Positions 1-8,688 are shown, counted from the stretch's first letter. The stretch is 64,000 nt of DNA from Gammaproteobacteria bacterium (GCA_033717875.1 JADDKJ010000001.1:27551-91550); one strand, 5' to 3'. Numbers and translations: made by a program. Notes: generated from the letters alone by a model not told the origin.

Positions 1-777
1 CGCCTGGCGAGCCGGTTGGAAACTCTGCCGCAACAAGGTATCGTCGCCCATGGCCCTCGTTCGGGCAATGTGATCGCCGTAGGGTATCTGTTCGAAACAG
101 ATGCTCCAGACGGAATCTTCGCCTGTGCCAGCGATCGCCTGGCGCCCAAGGGCTATGCATATATGTTGATCCACGGCGGGCGCGGTACGCTCGCGACTTG
201 CATGTTCGCCGATTTCGTCAATCAGAAGATGTATCTTGAGAGAACGGCCGAATTTTTTCAGAACAGAACCGGAGTGGAAATGAAAAATCCGCGCCGTTTT
301 GGTGGCGCAGGGGGTATATTCTGGCCGCGCTCTGCGTCCAGGGATGGGCGGCTCTATGCCGGTGAAGCAGCGGGATTTCAGGATGCCATGTTCGGTTTCG
401 GCATTCGTTATGCGGTGCTTTCCGGCCATTTGGCCGGGCTTGCCCTGACGCACGACGCCATGCGCGATTATGAGCGGTTGTGGAGAAGGGAACTCGGTCC
501 CATGATGAAAACATCGCTGGTGAATCGCTATTTTTATGCGCGTCTGGGTGAAAGAGGTTACGTCGGCTTGTTGCGGAACATCAGTCGCGCTGGCGATGTG
601 CGCGACTGGCTGCGCAATTATTACGCGCCGTCATGGCTGAAAACGCTGTGGTTTCAGATCGCAAAATCCTTTCTTTCCCCCTATCCTTGTATGTTCAATT
701 CGCCACTTGGCTTTAAACACCGCTGTCCTCCTGCGTGCGGGAGAGGGAGCAAAAGACAAGCGCAGAAAAATGGGTGA
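1..777 (+). CDS. FAD-dependent oxidoreductase (geranylgeranyl-reductase-like), C-terminal part; the 5' end lies outside the window
   Basis: The reading frame is open from nt 1 with no upstream stop; the ORF track M at 16 is a TTG. The sequence resembles the C-terminal region of FAD-binding reductases. Confidence 0.55.
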   Translation, partial: RLASRLETLPQQGIVAHGPRSGNVIAVGYLFETDAPDGIFACASDRLAPKGYAYMLIHGGRGTLATCMFADFVNQKMYLERTAEFFQNRTGVEMKNPRRFGGAGGIFWPRSASRDGRLYAGEAAGFQDAMFGFGIRYAVLSGHLAGLALTHDAMRDYERLWRRELGPMMKTSLVNRYFYARLGERGYVGLLRNISRAGDVRDWLRNYYAPSWLKTLWFQIAKSFLSPYPCMFNSPLGFKHRCPPACGRGSKRQAQKNG

Positions 778-884
778 AGCCTGGTGCAATACCACCCTGC
801 TGAGCTACCTCGCCTCTCCGTGAGTTCGTATCTGCTGCATCCGTGTGGTTGTCGTTTTTGGATTCAAGGAACCTCTGATGTGTC

Positions 885-998
885 ATTCCAATTTGCGTTA
901 AAAACGACAATAATTTTGTAGGGTGCGTTCCACGCACCAATGGTAATGGTGCGTGGAACGCACCCTACAATATTTCACTTTTTATTGCGAAATGGAAT
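885..998 (+). repeat. MITE-like palindromic repeat, copy 1 (about 115 bp; imperfect terminal inverted repeats ATTCCAATTTGCG/CGAAATGGAAT; central perfect palindrome with 24-bp arms)
   Basis: Near-identical to 40449-40562 (reverse orientation) and 43160-43274. The core is ttgtagggtgcgttccacgcacca-atggtaa-tggtgcgtggaacgcaccctacaa. This copy is additionally flanked by the 12-bp inverted repeat GGAACCTCTGAT at 867-878 and 998-1009. Confidence 0.85.
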
Positions 999-1020
999 CA
1001 GAGGTTCCGCGGCACACGGA

Positions 1021-1066
1021 TGTGCTCTGAGAATTCCAGGATGGAATTATTCAGAGCTTCCTTAAC
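1021..1066 (+). repeat. 45-bp intergenic repeat unit (tgtgctctgagaattccaggatggaattattcagagcttccttaa), copy a
   Basis: Related copies lie at 49089-49133, 12043-12095 (reverse), 2593-2620 (partial) and 12180-12212 (partial). Confidence 0.8.
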
Positions 1067-1083
1067 TCAACGCTTCCCCGCTT

Positions 1084-1774
1084 CTAATCCACTTTTTCCA
1101 GGCGGTAGCCATGCTGATAAACAGGGCAAAGGCGCCAGCCGTTTTCCGCGACGAGGCCGAGTTTGCTGCGTATCCGGCTGACGTGGGTTTCGAGGGTGCG
1201 GGTGTTGATGTGGGTGTTGTAGCCCCAGATGCTGTCGAGCAGGTTGACGCGCGAGAGCGTGGTATTGAGGTTGCGGAAGAATAACAGGGCTAGGTCGAAT
1301 TCCTTGGGGGAAAGGTCGATGCGCGCTCCGTCCTTGGTTATTGTGCGGTCCGAGGCGCATATAACGAAAGGACCGACGGTGATTTCGTTCTTTTTGGATG
1401 AGCCGCTGTCGCGGTTGCGCCGGCTCAGCGCGTCGATGCGGGCCAGAAACTCGAACTGGCGCAGCGGTTTGATCATGTAGTCATCGGCGCCCATCCTGAG
1501 CGCCGCCACCGTGTCTTCCTCGCGGCGCTGGCTGGTGACCATCATGATCGGCATGGCCCAGCGCTGGGTATTGCGCACCCAGTCCACGATCTCCATGCCG
1601 CTCAAGTCGCGCAACACCCAGTCCAGAATCAGCAGATCGAAATGTTTGGGCTGTTCGGAGGCCATGAAATCGCGGGCGTTGGCGAAATGCTGGCACTCGT
1701 GGCCGGAATAATTGAGCAGCAACCGGGTGAACTCCGCCTGATCGAAGTCGTCTTCAAACTAATCCTATCTTCAT
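1084..1774 (-). pseudogene. OmpR-family response regulator (receiver domain plus winged helix), apparently frameshifted near the N-terminus
   Basis: The ORF 1084-1722 encodes a receiver domain with DLLILD and a C-terminal wHTH (RTLETHVSRIRSKL...GYRL). The canonical N-terminus MKIGLV is in another frame (ATG at 1774-1772 on the minus strand, RBS-like ggaaacacag) and is stopped by TGA at 1756-1754. In the receiver frame the upstream part reads FEDDFDQAEF and is preceded by TAG. One extra T in the run gtttgaag would account for this. Confidence 0.6.
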
Positions 1775-1852
1775 CTGTGTTTCCTTTTGGACCGCGTGGG
1801 TCTCAGTTTGCGTGGCGATCTTAACACAGGATGTCGGCCGGCTAAACTTTAA

Positions 1853-2587
1853 AGACAAGGCCTGAGTCGCGATAGTTCACAACACGATGAGGTTTTTCTC
1901 CTGGAGGCCGCCACTTTCTCGATCATTCATGCCAACCGGGCCGCGATTGAAAACACGGGCTACAGTGCGGCCGAACTCCTCTGGAGGAGCATCCTCGATA
2001 TCAAACCAGGAGCGTCAGGCGAGCGGTTGAAGGAAGAGCTGTTGTCGCTGCGTGACCGGAACATTTGCCGCAGGGATTATAGTCTGATGCAAATGCGCAA
2101 GGACGGTTCGACATACGACACCGAAGAGTCACTGCATGTCTTGGATCACGGCGATAGAGCCGTGCTCATGTTGGTGGTGAACGATGTTACCGAACGTCGC
2201 CAGGCGGATGAAATGATGCTCGGAGGCTGGGAACACGCCACCGCGATCCTCGATTCAGTGGGAGACCCGGTGATCGCCACAGATACCGGCGGCGTGATCG
2301 TCCGGCTGAATCAGGCCGCCGCGAATTTGATAGACATTCCGGTTTTCGATGCCGTGGGCGCACCGCTCGATAAATTGATTCACTTTCGCTATCCACGCAC
2401 GGGCGAATCCTTGCAGGGCGTGGTCGGGATGTGTCTCAGGAATGGCCAGCAAACCCAGCACGATCTGCTCACTTTTTCCACGGGCAACAATCAAACCGAG
2501 CGAATGGTGAACCTGACGTTGGCGCCGGTGTCTTGTGGCGAAGGAAGCGTGCTGGGTTGTGTCGTGACCTTCCGTGATATCGCATGA
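1853..2587 (+). pseudogene. PAS-domain sensor fragment (two PAS-like segments) lacking a start codon
   Basis: The frame is open from 1853 after a TAA at 1850-1852 and already encodes PAS-like sequence (HDEVFLLEAATFSIIHANRAAIENTGYSAAELLW). No ATG or GTG occurs before the TTG at 2027. There is no kinase or output domain. Confidence 0.5.
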
Positions 2588-2592
2588 GGTTC

Positions 2593-2620
2593 ATGATGGG
2601 ATTATTTAGCGCTTCCTTAA
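2593..2620 (+). repeat. 45-bp intergenic repeat, partial copy d (gatgggattatttagcgcttccttaa)
   Basis: It matches the 3' half of the 1021-1066 unit in the same orientation. Confidence 0.6.
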
Positions 2621-2985
2621 AAAACAATGCTGTCAAACCGCTGTTCATTGCCCGCAACCAGCACGCTGACGCGGTTGGGCAGGCAGGTGGCGGATTCGCC
2701 GCTGTGGCTCACCCAGCCGGTGTGGACGCATTGCTTGCCGCGACAGGGTGAGGCGACGAAGCGCGCCTTGCCGTCGTGGATGTCGATGATGCTGGTGCCG
2801 AGCGTACCCTCGATGGTCAATTGATGTTTCTGATGCAGCGACACGGTCATCCGCTCTTTGCCGTTGACCAGGATGCGTATCTCGTCGCCTTGTGTCGCGG
2901 GCGCCCAGTAGCTGAGGTACAGCCAGGGCAGCAGCGCCACGGCGAGCGCTACGACGATCATGTCAGCGCGTGTCATAATTTTCAT
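2617..2985 (-). CDS. NusG domain II-like small membrane-anchored protein (an ApbE-associated family)
   Basis: N-terminal TM helix, a CxxxxC pair (SPCRGKQCVHTGW), and an ATGA overlap with the apbE stop codon. Confidence 0.55.
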   Translation of the reverse strand: MKIMTRADMIVVALAVALLPWLYLSYWAPATQGDEIRILVNGKERMTVSLHQKHQLTIEGTLGTSIIDIHDGKARFVASPCRGKQCVHTGWVSHSGESATCLPNRVSVLVAGNEQRFDSIVF

Positions 2986-4052
2986 GTCGGCGCGCTCACC
3001 TTGACCCTGGGTGCGGGGCTGACTTCGAAGCGGATGCGTCGGGCCATCTCCGGCGTCATGGTCACCTGTCCCTTGTCGTCGATCAGCATCACCTGCTTGA
3101 TACCCATGCGTTTTGCTACCTCGTGCCAGCCTTGGGATCCCGCGATGAACAGCGCCGTGGATGCGGCGTCGGCGGTGGCGGCGTCGGCGGCGATCACCGT
3201 GACGGAGGTGGTGCCGGTGGCGGGCCAGCCGCTGCGCGGGTCGATGATGTGATGATAACGCTTGCCCTGGTATTCGAAAAAGCGTTCGTAATCGCCGGAG
3301 GTCAGGATGCTCTCATCGCCGTGCGTTTCGATCGACGCCAGCACGCCGGGGCCGCGCGGATTGCGGATGCCGATGCGCCAGGCACGGTCGCCGTGCCGGC
3401 CGATGGCGCGCAGATTGCCGCCGGCGTTGACGATGGCGTTTTCCACGCCGAGCTTGCGCAAGCGTTCGATGGCAAGATCGACGCCGTAGCCTTTGCCGAT
3501 CGCGCCGAAATCGAGTTGTACTGCGGGATTGGCGCTGCGTAGCCGATCCTTTTCGAGGGTCATATCCTCCATGCCGGGGTGTTGCGCCACCCGCGCGGCA
3601 ATGGCCGCCGCATCGGGTGGTGGTCCGCCAGGCAGGTCGTCCTGCGCGAAACCCCATAATTTGATCAACTTGCCGATGGCTGGATTGAACAACCCTTCGG
3701 ACTGCCGCGACAGGACAACGGATTTTTGCACCAGCGGCAGAAGCGAGGGCGGCACGGTGACGGTGGCGCCGGAGGCGAGGGCCGTGTTCAGACGTGTCAA
3801 CGGGCTGTCATGCCAGGCATGCCAATCGTTGTGCATTTTTTGCAGTTCCTCGCCGATCTGGCGGCTGGCTTCCATTGCCCGCGCTTTGTCCACGCCCCAA
3901 ATGCTGATGTCGACGAGGGTGCCGAAGGTCAGCAATTGCTGGGTATAAAGCGGTTCTTCCTGTCTGGCGCAGGCGCTGAGCAGGATCGTCAACATGATTG
4001 CCGTTGTGATGGCGGGCAGTGCCCGCCCTGCATAGATGAATGCGGGGCGCAT
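2982..4052 (-). CDS. apbE: FAD:protein FMN transferase ApbE (lipoprotein)
   Basis: ApbE-family sequence. A lipobox LLSAC follows MRPAFIYAGRALPAITTAIMLTIL. The ORF track extends to 4619, but the ATG at 4052-4050 is placed just after the gshB stop. Confidence 0.8.
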   Translation of the reverse strand: MRPAFIYAGRALPAITTAIMLTILLSACARQEEPLYTQQLLTFGTLVDISIWGVDKARAMEASRQIGEELQKMHNDWHAWHDSPLTRLNTALASGATVTVPPSLLPLVQKSVVLSRQSEGLFNPAIGKLIKLWGFAQDDLPGGPPPDAAAIAARVAQHPGMEDMTLEKDRLRSANPAVQLDFGAIGKGYGVDLAIERLRKLGVENAIVNAGGNLRAIGRHGDRAWRIGIRNPRGPGVLASIETHGDESILTSGDYERFFEYQGKRYHHIIDPRSGWPATGTTSVTVIAADAATADAASTALFIAGSQGWHEVAKRMGIKQVMLIDDKGQVTMTPEMARRIRFEVSPAPRVKVSAPT

Positions 4053-4057
4053 GGCGA

Positions 4058-5047
4058 TCAGGAAGAGCGGCGTTTCGCCACGCGGGTTTCTATGCAATCC
4101 ATCAACCAGCCGCTGATGTTGAGGTCGTAAATAGTGTCGAGTTCCCGGATGCAGGTGGGGCTGGTGATGTTGATTTCGGTGAGGTAATCGCCGATCACGT
4201 CCAAACCGACGAACATCAGGCCTTTCTCGCGCAGTACCGGACCCACCTGTTCGCATATCCACTGATCGCGCTCGCTCAAGGGGACGCCCTCGCCGCGCCC
4301 GCCGGCGGCGAGGTTGGCGCGTGTTTCGCCGGGCGCGGCGATGCGCGCCAGGGCGAACGGCACCGGCCGGCCGTCGATGAGCAGGATGCGTTTGTCGCCC
4401 GCGCTGATCTCGGGGATGTAGCGTTGCGCCATGATGAAGCGCGTTCCCAGCCGGGTGAGGGTTTCGATGATGACGTTGATGTTCGGGTCGTGCCGTTGCA
4501 CGCGAAACACCGATGCGCCACCCATGGCCTCCAGCGGTTTGAGGATGATGTCGCCGTGTTCGCGCAGGAAGTCGCGCAACTGATCGGCGTTGCGGCTCAC
4601 CAGTGTCGGCGTGCAGCACTGGGGAAACCAGGTGGTGTACATCTTTTCATTCACATCGCGCAGGCTCTGCGGCTTGTTGACCACCAGCACGCCTTCCGCT
4701 TCGGCGTGTTCCAGCAGGTAGGTGGTGTAGATGTACTCCATGTCGAAGGGCGGGTCCTTGCGCATCAGGATGATATCGAGTTCGGCGAGCGGTCTGGTTT
4801 CGCCGCTTTCTTCCGCGAAACCGAACCATCGGTCGAGATCGTCCTGCACCGACAGCGTCCTCATTCGCCCGTAGGGCTCGCCATCGCGCAAGAACAGGTC
4901 GCCCTGTTCCATATAGAAAATCCGCCAGTCGCGCGCCTGGGCTTCGAGCAGCATCGCCAGGGTGCTGTCCTTCTTGGGGTTGATGGTGGCGATGGGATCC
5001 ATCACCACGCCCAGTTTGACGGTGTCGCGCGCCACGCTCGTCGTCAT
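4058..5047 (-). CDS. gshB: glutathione synthetase
   Basis: The full length is typical of GshB (ATP-grasp fold, RimK-like). Confidence 0.85.
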   Translation of the reverse strand: MTTSVARDTVKLGVVMDPIATINPKKDSTLAMLLEAQARDWRIFYMEQGDLFLRDGEPYGRMRTLSVQDDLDRWFGFAEESGETRPLAELDIILMRKDPPFDMEYIYTTYLLEHAEAEGVLVVNKPQSLRDVNEKMYTTWFPQCCTPTLVSRNADQLRDFLREHGDIILKPLEAMGGASVFRVQRHDPNINVIIETLTRLGTRFIMAQRYIPEISAGDKRILLIDGRPVPFALARIAAPGETRANLAAGGRGEGVPLSERDQWICEQVGPVLREKGLMFVGLDVIGDYLTEINITSPTCIRELDTIYDLNISGWLMDCIETRVAKRRSS

Positions 5048-6342
5048 GCGCGGCTCTTGGCGACTTCCCGCGCCGCGGCGAGCAGGGCGAGCCGGGCGAT
5101 CACGCCATAGGCATAAAAACGGTTGGGATTGGCGTCCGGCGCTCTGTTCGGATCGGGATTGTTGCAGGGTTCGACGAAGGCCAGCGGTTCGAAGTGCATG
5201 CCCGGGGCGTTGAGATTTTCATCCACGCCACGCGCGGTATGCACGCGGTAAAAACCGCCAACCACGAAACGATCCACCATGTAGACCACCGGCTCGGCGA
5301 CGGCCTGCGCGTCGCCCCAGGTTTCGAAGGTGTAGACTCCTTCCTGAATGATGACCTGGGTGACTTCCTGTCCGCCCTTGCTGGCGGCCATGCGGGTGCG
5401 CTGCTTGCGGTTCAGTTCGTGGATTTCATCGACCGAGCGCACCGTCATGATGCCCATGCCATAGGTGCCGGCATCGGCCTTGACGATGACGAAGGGCGGT
5501 TTGTCGATCTTGTACTCGTCGTATTTGCGCTGAATGGAGTCCAGCAGGGCGCCGACATTCGTCGCCAGGCATTCTTCTCCTTCGCGCTTCATGAAATTGA
5601 TCTCGCCGCACTGGCGAAAAAGCGGATCGACCAGCCACGGATCGATGTCGATCAATTCGGCGAATTCCAGGGCGACCTGCCGGTAGTGCCGGAAGTGATC
5701 GGATTTGAGGCGGTTGGACCATCCCAGCTCCAGCGGCGGGACGACCGGCTGTTCGAGTCCTTCGAGGATGGCCGGGCGGCCACTCGACAGGTCGTTGTTG
5801 AGTAATACCATGCAGGGGAAAAAGTCCTTCACGCCCACCCGGTCGCCTTTGCGCAGCAGCGGTTCCAGATGCAGCGAGCGGCCTGAGGGCAGCGGCACAT
5901 CCAATGGCGCGGCAAGATCCGGTAGCAACGAGCCGAGCCGCACTTCGAATCCCGCCTTGCCGAGAATCTCGCTCAGGGTGGCGAGGCTTTCCAGGTAGAA
6001 CGGATTGCGGGTATGGCTTTCCGGGATGAGCAACAGCTTCGCGGCGCGCGGACAGACGCGCTCCACGGCCGATTGCACGGCCTGGATGCACAGCGGCATG
6101 AAGGCGGGGTTGAGATTGTTGAATCCGGCCGGAAACAGGTTGGTGTCCACCGGCGCCAGCTTGAAGCCGGCATTGCGCAGATCCACCGAGGCATAAAACG
6201 GCGCGGGGGTATCCAGCCACTGGGCGCGCAACCAGGACTCGATGGTTGCCTGGCGCTCCAGCAGGTGACTTTCGAGGTGGAGCAGGGGGCCGGTCAAAAC
6301 CGTCGTCAGATGAGGTACGCCATACAGATGTTCAACGCTCAT
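5044..6342 (-). CDS. gshA: glutamate--cysteine ligase (proteobacterial/plant-type GshA)
   Basis: 432 aa with GCS2-family similarity; ATGA overlap with gshB. Confidence 0.8.
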   Translation of the reverse strand: MSVEHLYGVPHLTTVLTGPLLHLESHLLERQATIESWLRAQWLDTPAPFYASVDLRNAGFKLAPVDTNLFPAGFNNLNPAFMPLCIQAVQSAVERVCPRAAKLLLIPESHTRNPFYLESLATLSEILGKAGFEVRLGSLLPDLAAPLDVPLPSGRSLHLEPLLRKGDRVGVKDFFPCMVLLNNDLSSGRPAILEGLEQPVVPPLELGWSNRLKSDHFRHYRQVALEFAELIDIDPWLVDPLFRQCGEINFMKREGEECLATNVGALLDSIQRKYDEYKIDKPPFVIVKADAGTYGMGIMTVRSVDEIHELNRKQRTRMAASKGGQEVTQVIIQEGVYTFETWGDAQAVAEPVVYMVDRFVVGGFYRVHTARGVDENLNAPGMHFEPLAFVEPCNNPDPNRAPDANPNRFYAYGVIARLALLAAAREVAKSRA

Positions 6343-6433
6343 GGCGGCATGCCGTCCTTAAGTGAATGGGATTTGCTGCATGGGCAACATATTAGCGCAT
6401 TTTGGAGGCTTGGAGTATGCGCCGGCGGCGCGG

Positions 6434-6474
6434 CTGGCGGGTTACGGCGCCAAAAAACGCCTAACCCGCCCTAC
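6434..6474. repeat. REP-like palindromic element (ctggcgggttacg...cgctaacccgccctac)
   Basis: Hairpin ggcgggtta/taacccgcc. Related copies lie at 14419-14455, 32427-32468 (reverse) and 32517-32552. Confidence 0.8.
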
Positions 6475-6499
6475 ATTGTATTGGGCCGGAGGAGGGTAA

Positions 6500-6537
6500 C
6501 TCCCCTCCTCGAACGAGGAGGGGAATACGTTCCAAAC
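6500..6537. repeat. hairpin repeat cccctcctcg-aac-gaggagggg-aatacgttccaaac (terminator-like)
   Basis: A second copy lies at 26173-26212. Both lie just 3' of minus-strand genes (prx and metA). Confidence 0.65.
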
Positions 6538-7211
6538 TAGCTGATTTTCTTTTTCGAAAAATACCAATCAGTGACTTCTATTCCGGGCGTTTTGACGCGT
6601 TCTTCCGCCGCCTGGGTGGTGGCGGGAGGCGGTATGATGACGTCCTGGCCCGGCATCCAGTTTGCCGGGCAGGCCACGCCGTGGGCGTCGACCATCTGCA
6701 GCGCGTCAACGACGCGCACGATCTCGTCGAAGTTGCGCCCCACGTTCAGCGGATAGTAGATCATCGCACGCAGATTCCGTTTCGGGTCGATGAAGAAGAC
6801 GCAGCGTACCGTCGCGGTGGTGGCGCTGGGGGTATGCACCATCCGGTACAATTGCGCCACTTTCTGATCGAGGTCGGCGATCACCGGAAACCGCACCTTC
6901 ACACCAAACTTCTCCTCGATATTGCGCATCCAGGCGATATGACTATAGATGCTGTCGATGGAGCAGGCCAACAGCGCCACGCCCTTGTCCCGCAAGGTGT
7001 CGTAGCGTTTGGCGAATTCGATAAACTCCGTGGTGCAGACCGGCGTGAAATCCGCGGGATGGGAAAACAGAATGACCCATTTGTCTTTTTCCCAGTTCGA
7101 CAAACGTAGGGCGCCATGGGTGGTGTTGGCCTCGAAATCCGGCGCCGGGCCATTCAGTTCCAGGCGCGGCAGTTCGGTGGCGGAAGTCTCTTGCATTGCG
7201 GTTGCGGTCAT
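6537..7211 (-). CDS. 1-Cys peroxiredoxin (Prx6-like)
   Basis: Contains the peroxidatic Cys motif DFTPVCTTE in a thioredoxin fold. Confidence 0.85.
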   Translation of the reverse strand: MTATAMQETSATELPRLELNGPAPDFEANTTHGALRLSNWEKDKWVILFSHPADFTPVCTTEFIEFAKRYDTLRDKGVALLACSIDSIYSHIAWMRNIEEKFGVKVRFPVIADLDQKVAQLYRMVHTPSATTATVRCVFFIDPKRNLRAMIYYPLNVGRNFDEIVRVVDALQMVDAHGVACPANWMPGQDVIIPPPATTQAAEERVKTPGIEVTDWYFSKKKIS

Positions 7212-7460
7212 AGGTGTGCCTCCCTGATGAGGTGATGGGGTTGGGCGTGTTCAACGCCTATCTTGATCTTACCACTTTCAAGCTTTTTGCATGACTTTTC
7301 GTCCAGGGCGGGAGCCAAGATTTTTTACCACTTGAAAAGTGCATTCTTTTTCTCCATGTTATCTATTAACCAGACAATTTATCTGCTTTTGCTTTCCTTT
7401 TCGCATGGGGAGTTGGTTGCCTGGTTAACATACTACCCCGATCAACAAGAGGAGGTTGCC

Positions 7461-7742
7461 ATGGAAGCCCGCGTAGAGACTCATCCCACGACCGACAAAG
7501 TCGTCAAGACAGCGCATGACACCATCGACAAGGCGGCAGGGCCTGCCGGTCACGCCGAAGACCGTCTCCGGGAAACCAGCCAGAAGGTGCAGGCCAGCGT
7601 CAAGGAAACCGCCGGCAAGGTCCAGGAAAGCAGCAAGGAATTGGGCCATGCCATGACCGAATACATCAAGCAGAATCCGATGACCTCGGTGGGTATCGCC
7701 GCCGCGGTGGGGCTGGTGATCGGCGCCTTGCTCAGACGCTAG
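7461..7742 (+). CDS. DUF883/ElaB/YqjD-family membrane-anchored ribosome-binding protein
   Basis: RBS aggagg at 7450-7455. The protein is predicted coiled-coil with a C-terminal TM helix (VGIAAAVGLVIGALL). The ORF track start at 7263 is an upstream extension with no RBS. Confidence 0.7.
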   Translation: MEARVETHPTTDKVVKTAHDTIDKAAGPAGHAEDRLRETSQKVQASVKETAGKVQESSKELGHAMTEYIKQNPMTSVGIAAAVGLVIGALLRR

Positions 7743-7756
7743 GAGGTTAAGCTCTA

Positions 7757-8197
7757 ATGTCTCCGTCCGACCCGTCGGCTCAGCCAGCGGCGGAGCCGAA
7801 AGGCGCGGCGGAGGAATCCCTGGCAAGCGCCGGGGCTGGCCTCCTGCGCACTTTTCGCTCCATCGCTTCCGATATCCTGGGGCTGCTCGCGCTCGAGGCG
7901 CGCCTTGCCGGCCTGAGCATCGCGGCAATGCTCGGCCTGGGTGTCGCGGCGGCCTTGCTGTTCATTGTGGCATGGCTGCTGCTGGTGGCGGGCATCGCGT
8001 TCTCGCTGGTCGATCTGGGCCTGGGCTGGGGAGCGGCGCTGCTCATCACGGCGCTGCTGAACGTCATTCTCGGCGCGATACTGGTCCGGTTCATTTTTGT
8101 CTTCAGCCGGAATCTGCTGTTCAGCGCCACCCGCCGTCAAATCGCGCCTGGTGCGAGGGGAGGGGCATGCAATGCGACATCTGAAAAAAGCGATTGA
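7757..8197 (+). CDS. YqjE-like (DUF1469, phage-holin-3-6-like) inner membrane protein
   Basis: Two TM helices, immediately downstream of the ElaB-like gene as in E. coli yqjD-yqjE-yqjK. Confidence 0.6.
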   Translation: MSPSDPSAQPAAEPKGAAEESLASAGAGLLRTFRSIASDILGLLALEARLAGLSIAAMLGLGVAAALLFIVAWLLLVAGIAFSLVDLGLGWGAALLITALLNVILGAILVRFIFVFSRNLLFSATRRQIAPGARGGACNATSEKSD

Positions 8198-8501
8198 TCA
8201 GCTCGAATCGCAAATAGACGAGAACAAGCGCCGGGCATGCGGCCAGGCTCGTTCCGCGCAGCGGATTTTCTACCACAAAATAGCCACGCCCAAGGCCGTG
8301 ATCGTGACATTCGCCGCCGCGGTGTTGGTGGGGTTCCTCGGGAAGAAGTGTGCCCAAGGCGGTGACAAGTCTGAATCTGCGCAGACTGCCGAATGTGGCG
8401 CGCATGACTGGCTGGGTAAAGTGGATGCCGTGCTGCGCTTGATGCCGCTGATTTCCAATGTCCGCGCCTGCTGCGGTGCGGCAATGCAAGAGCGGAAGTG
8501 A
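8172..8501 (+). CDS. YqjK-like small protein
   Basis: Third gene of the yqjDEK-like operon. The ATG at 8172 (MRHLKKAIDQLESQIDENKRR) is in frame with the track ORF that starts at 8097. Confidence 0.5.
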   Translation: MRHLKKAIDQLESQIDENKRRACGQARSAQRIFYHKIATPKAVIVTFAAAVLVGFLGKKCAQGGDKSESAQTAECGAHDWLGKVDAVLRLMPLISNVRACCGAAMQERK

Positions 8502-8654
8502 TTGGCGTTTCCCGATATTCCGGCGTAGTGCGAAAACTCGCGGGCGGCGACCGGCGTTCCATCGGCCCGTATGGCTTTCGGGCCATCGTGCTGGACAGCG
8601 AGGGCAATCGCGTCGCCTTGCATTCGATGTGAGGCAACGCAAGTAACCCAACGA

Positions 8655-8688
8655 CATGAAAACGGGCGCCTCGGCGCCCGTTTTCATG
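8655..8688. terminator. rho-independent terminator hairpin (cgggcgcc-tcg-gcgcccg + TTTTC); palindromic, so usable on both strands
   Basis: An 8-bp GC-rich stem followed by a T run. Confidence 0.6.

Noticed and set aside
3123-5110. Several long plus-strand ORFs (for example 3123-3542, 4040-5110) overlapping apbE and gshB
   Set aside because: They lie antisense to well-supported genes in GC-rich DNA, carry Arg/Gly/Ala-rich low-complexity translations and have no RBS or family similarity.
8121-8687. Minus-strand ORFs of 188 aa and 166 aa overlapping the yqjK-like gene and the VOC remnant
   Set aside because: No homology or RBS. The region is better explained by plus-strand genes and the terminator.
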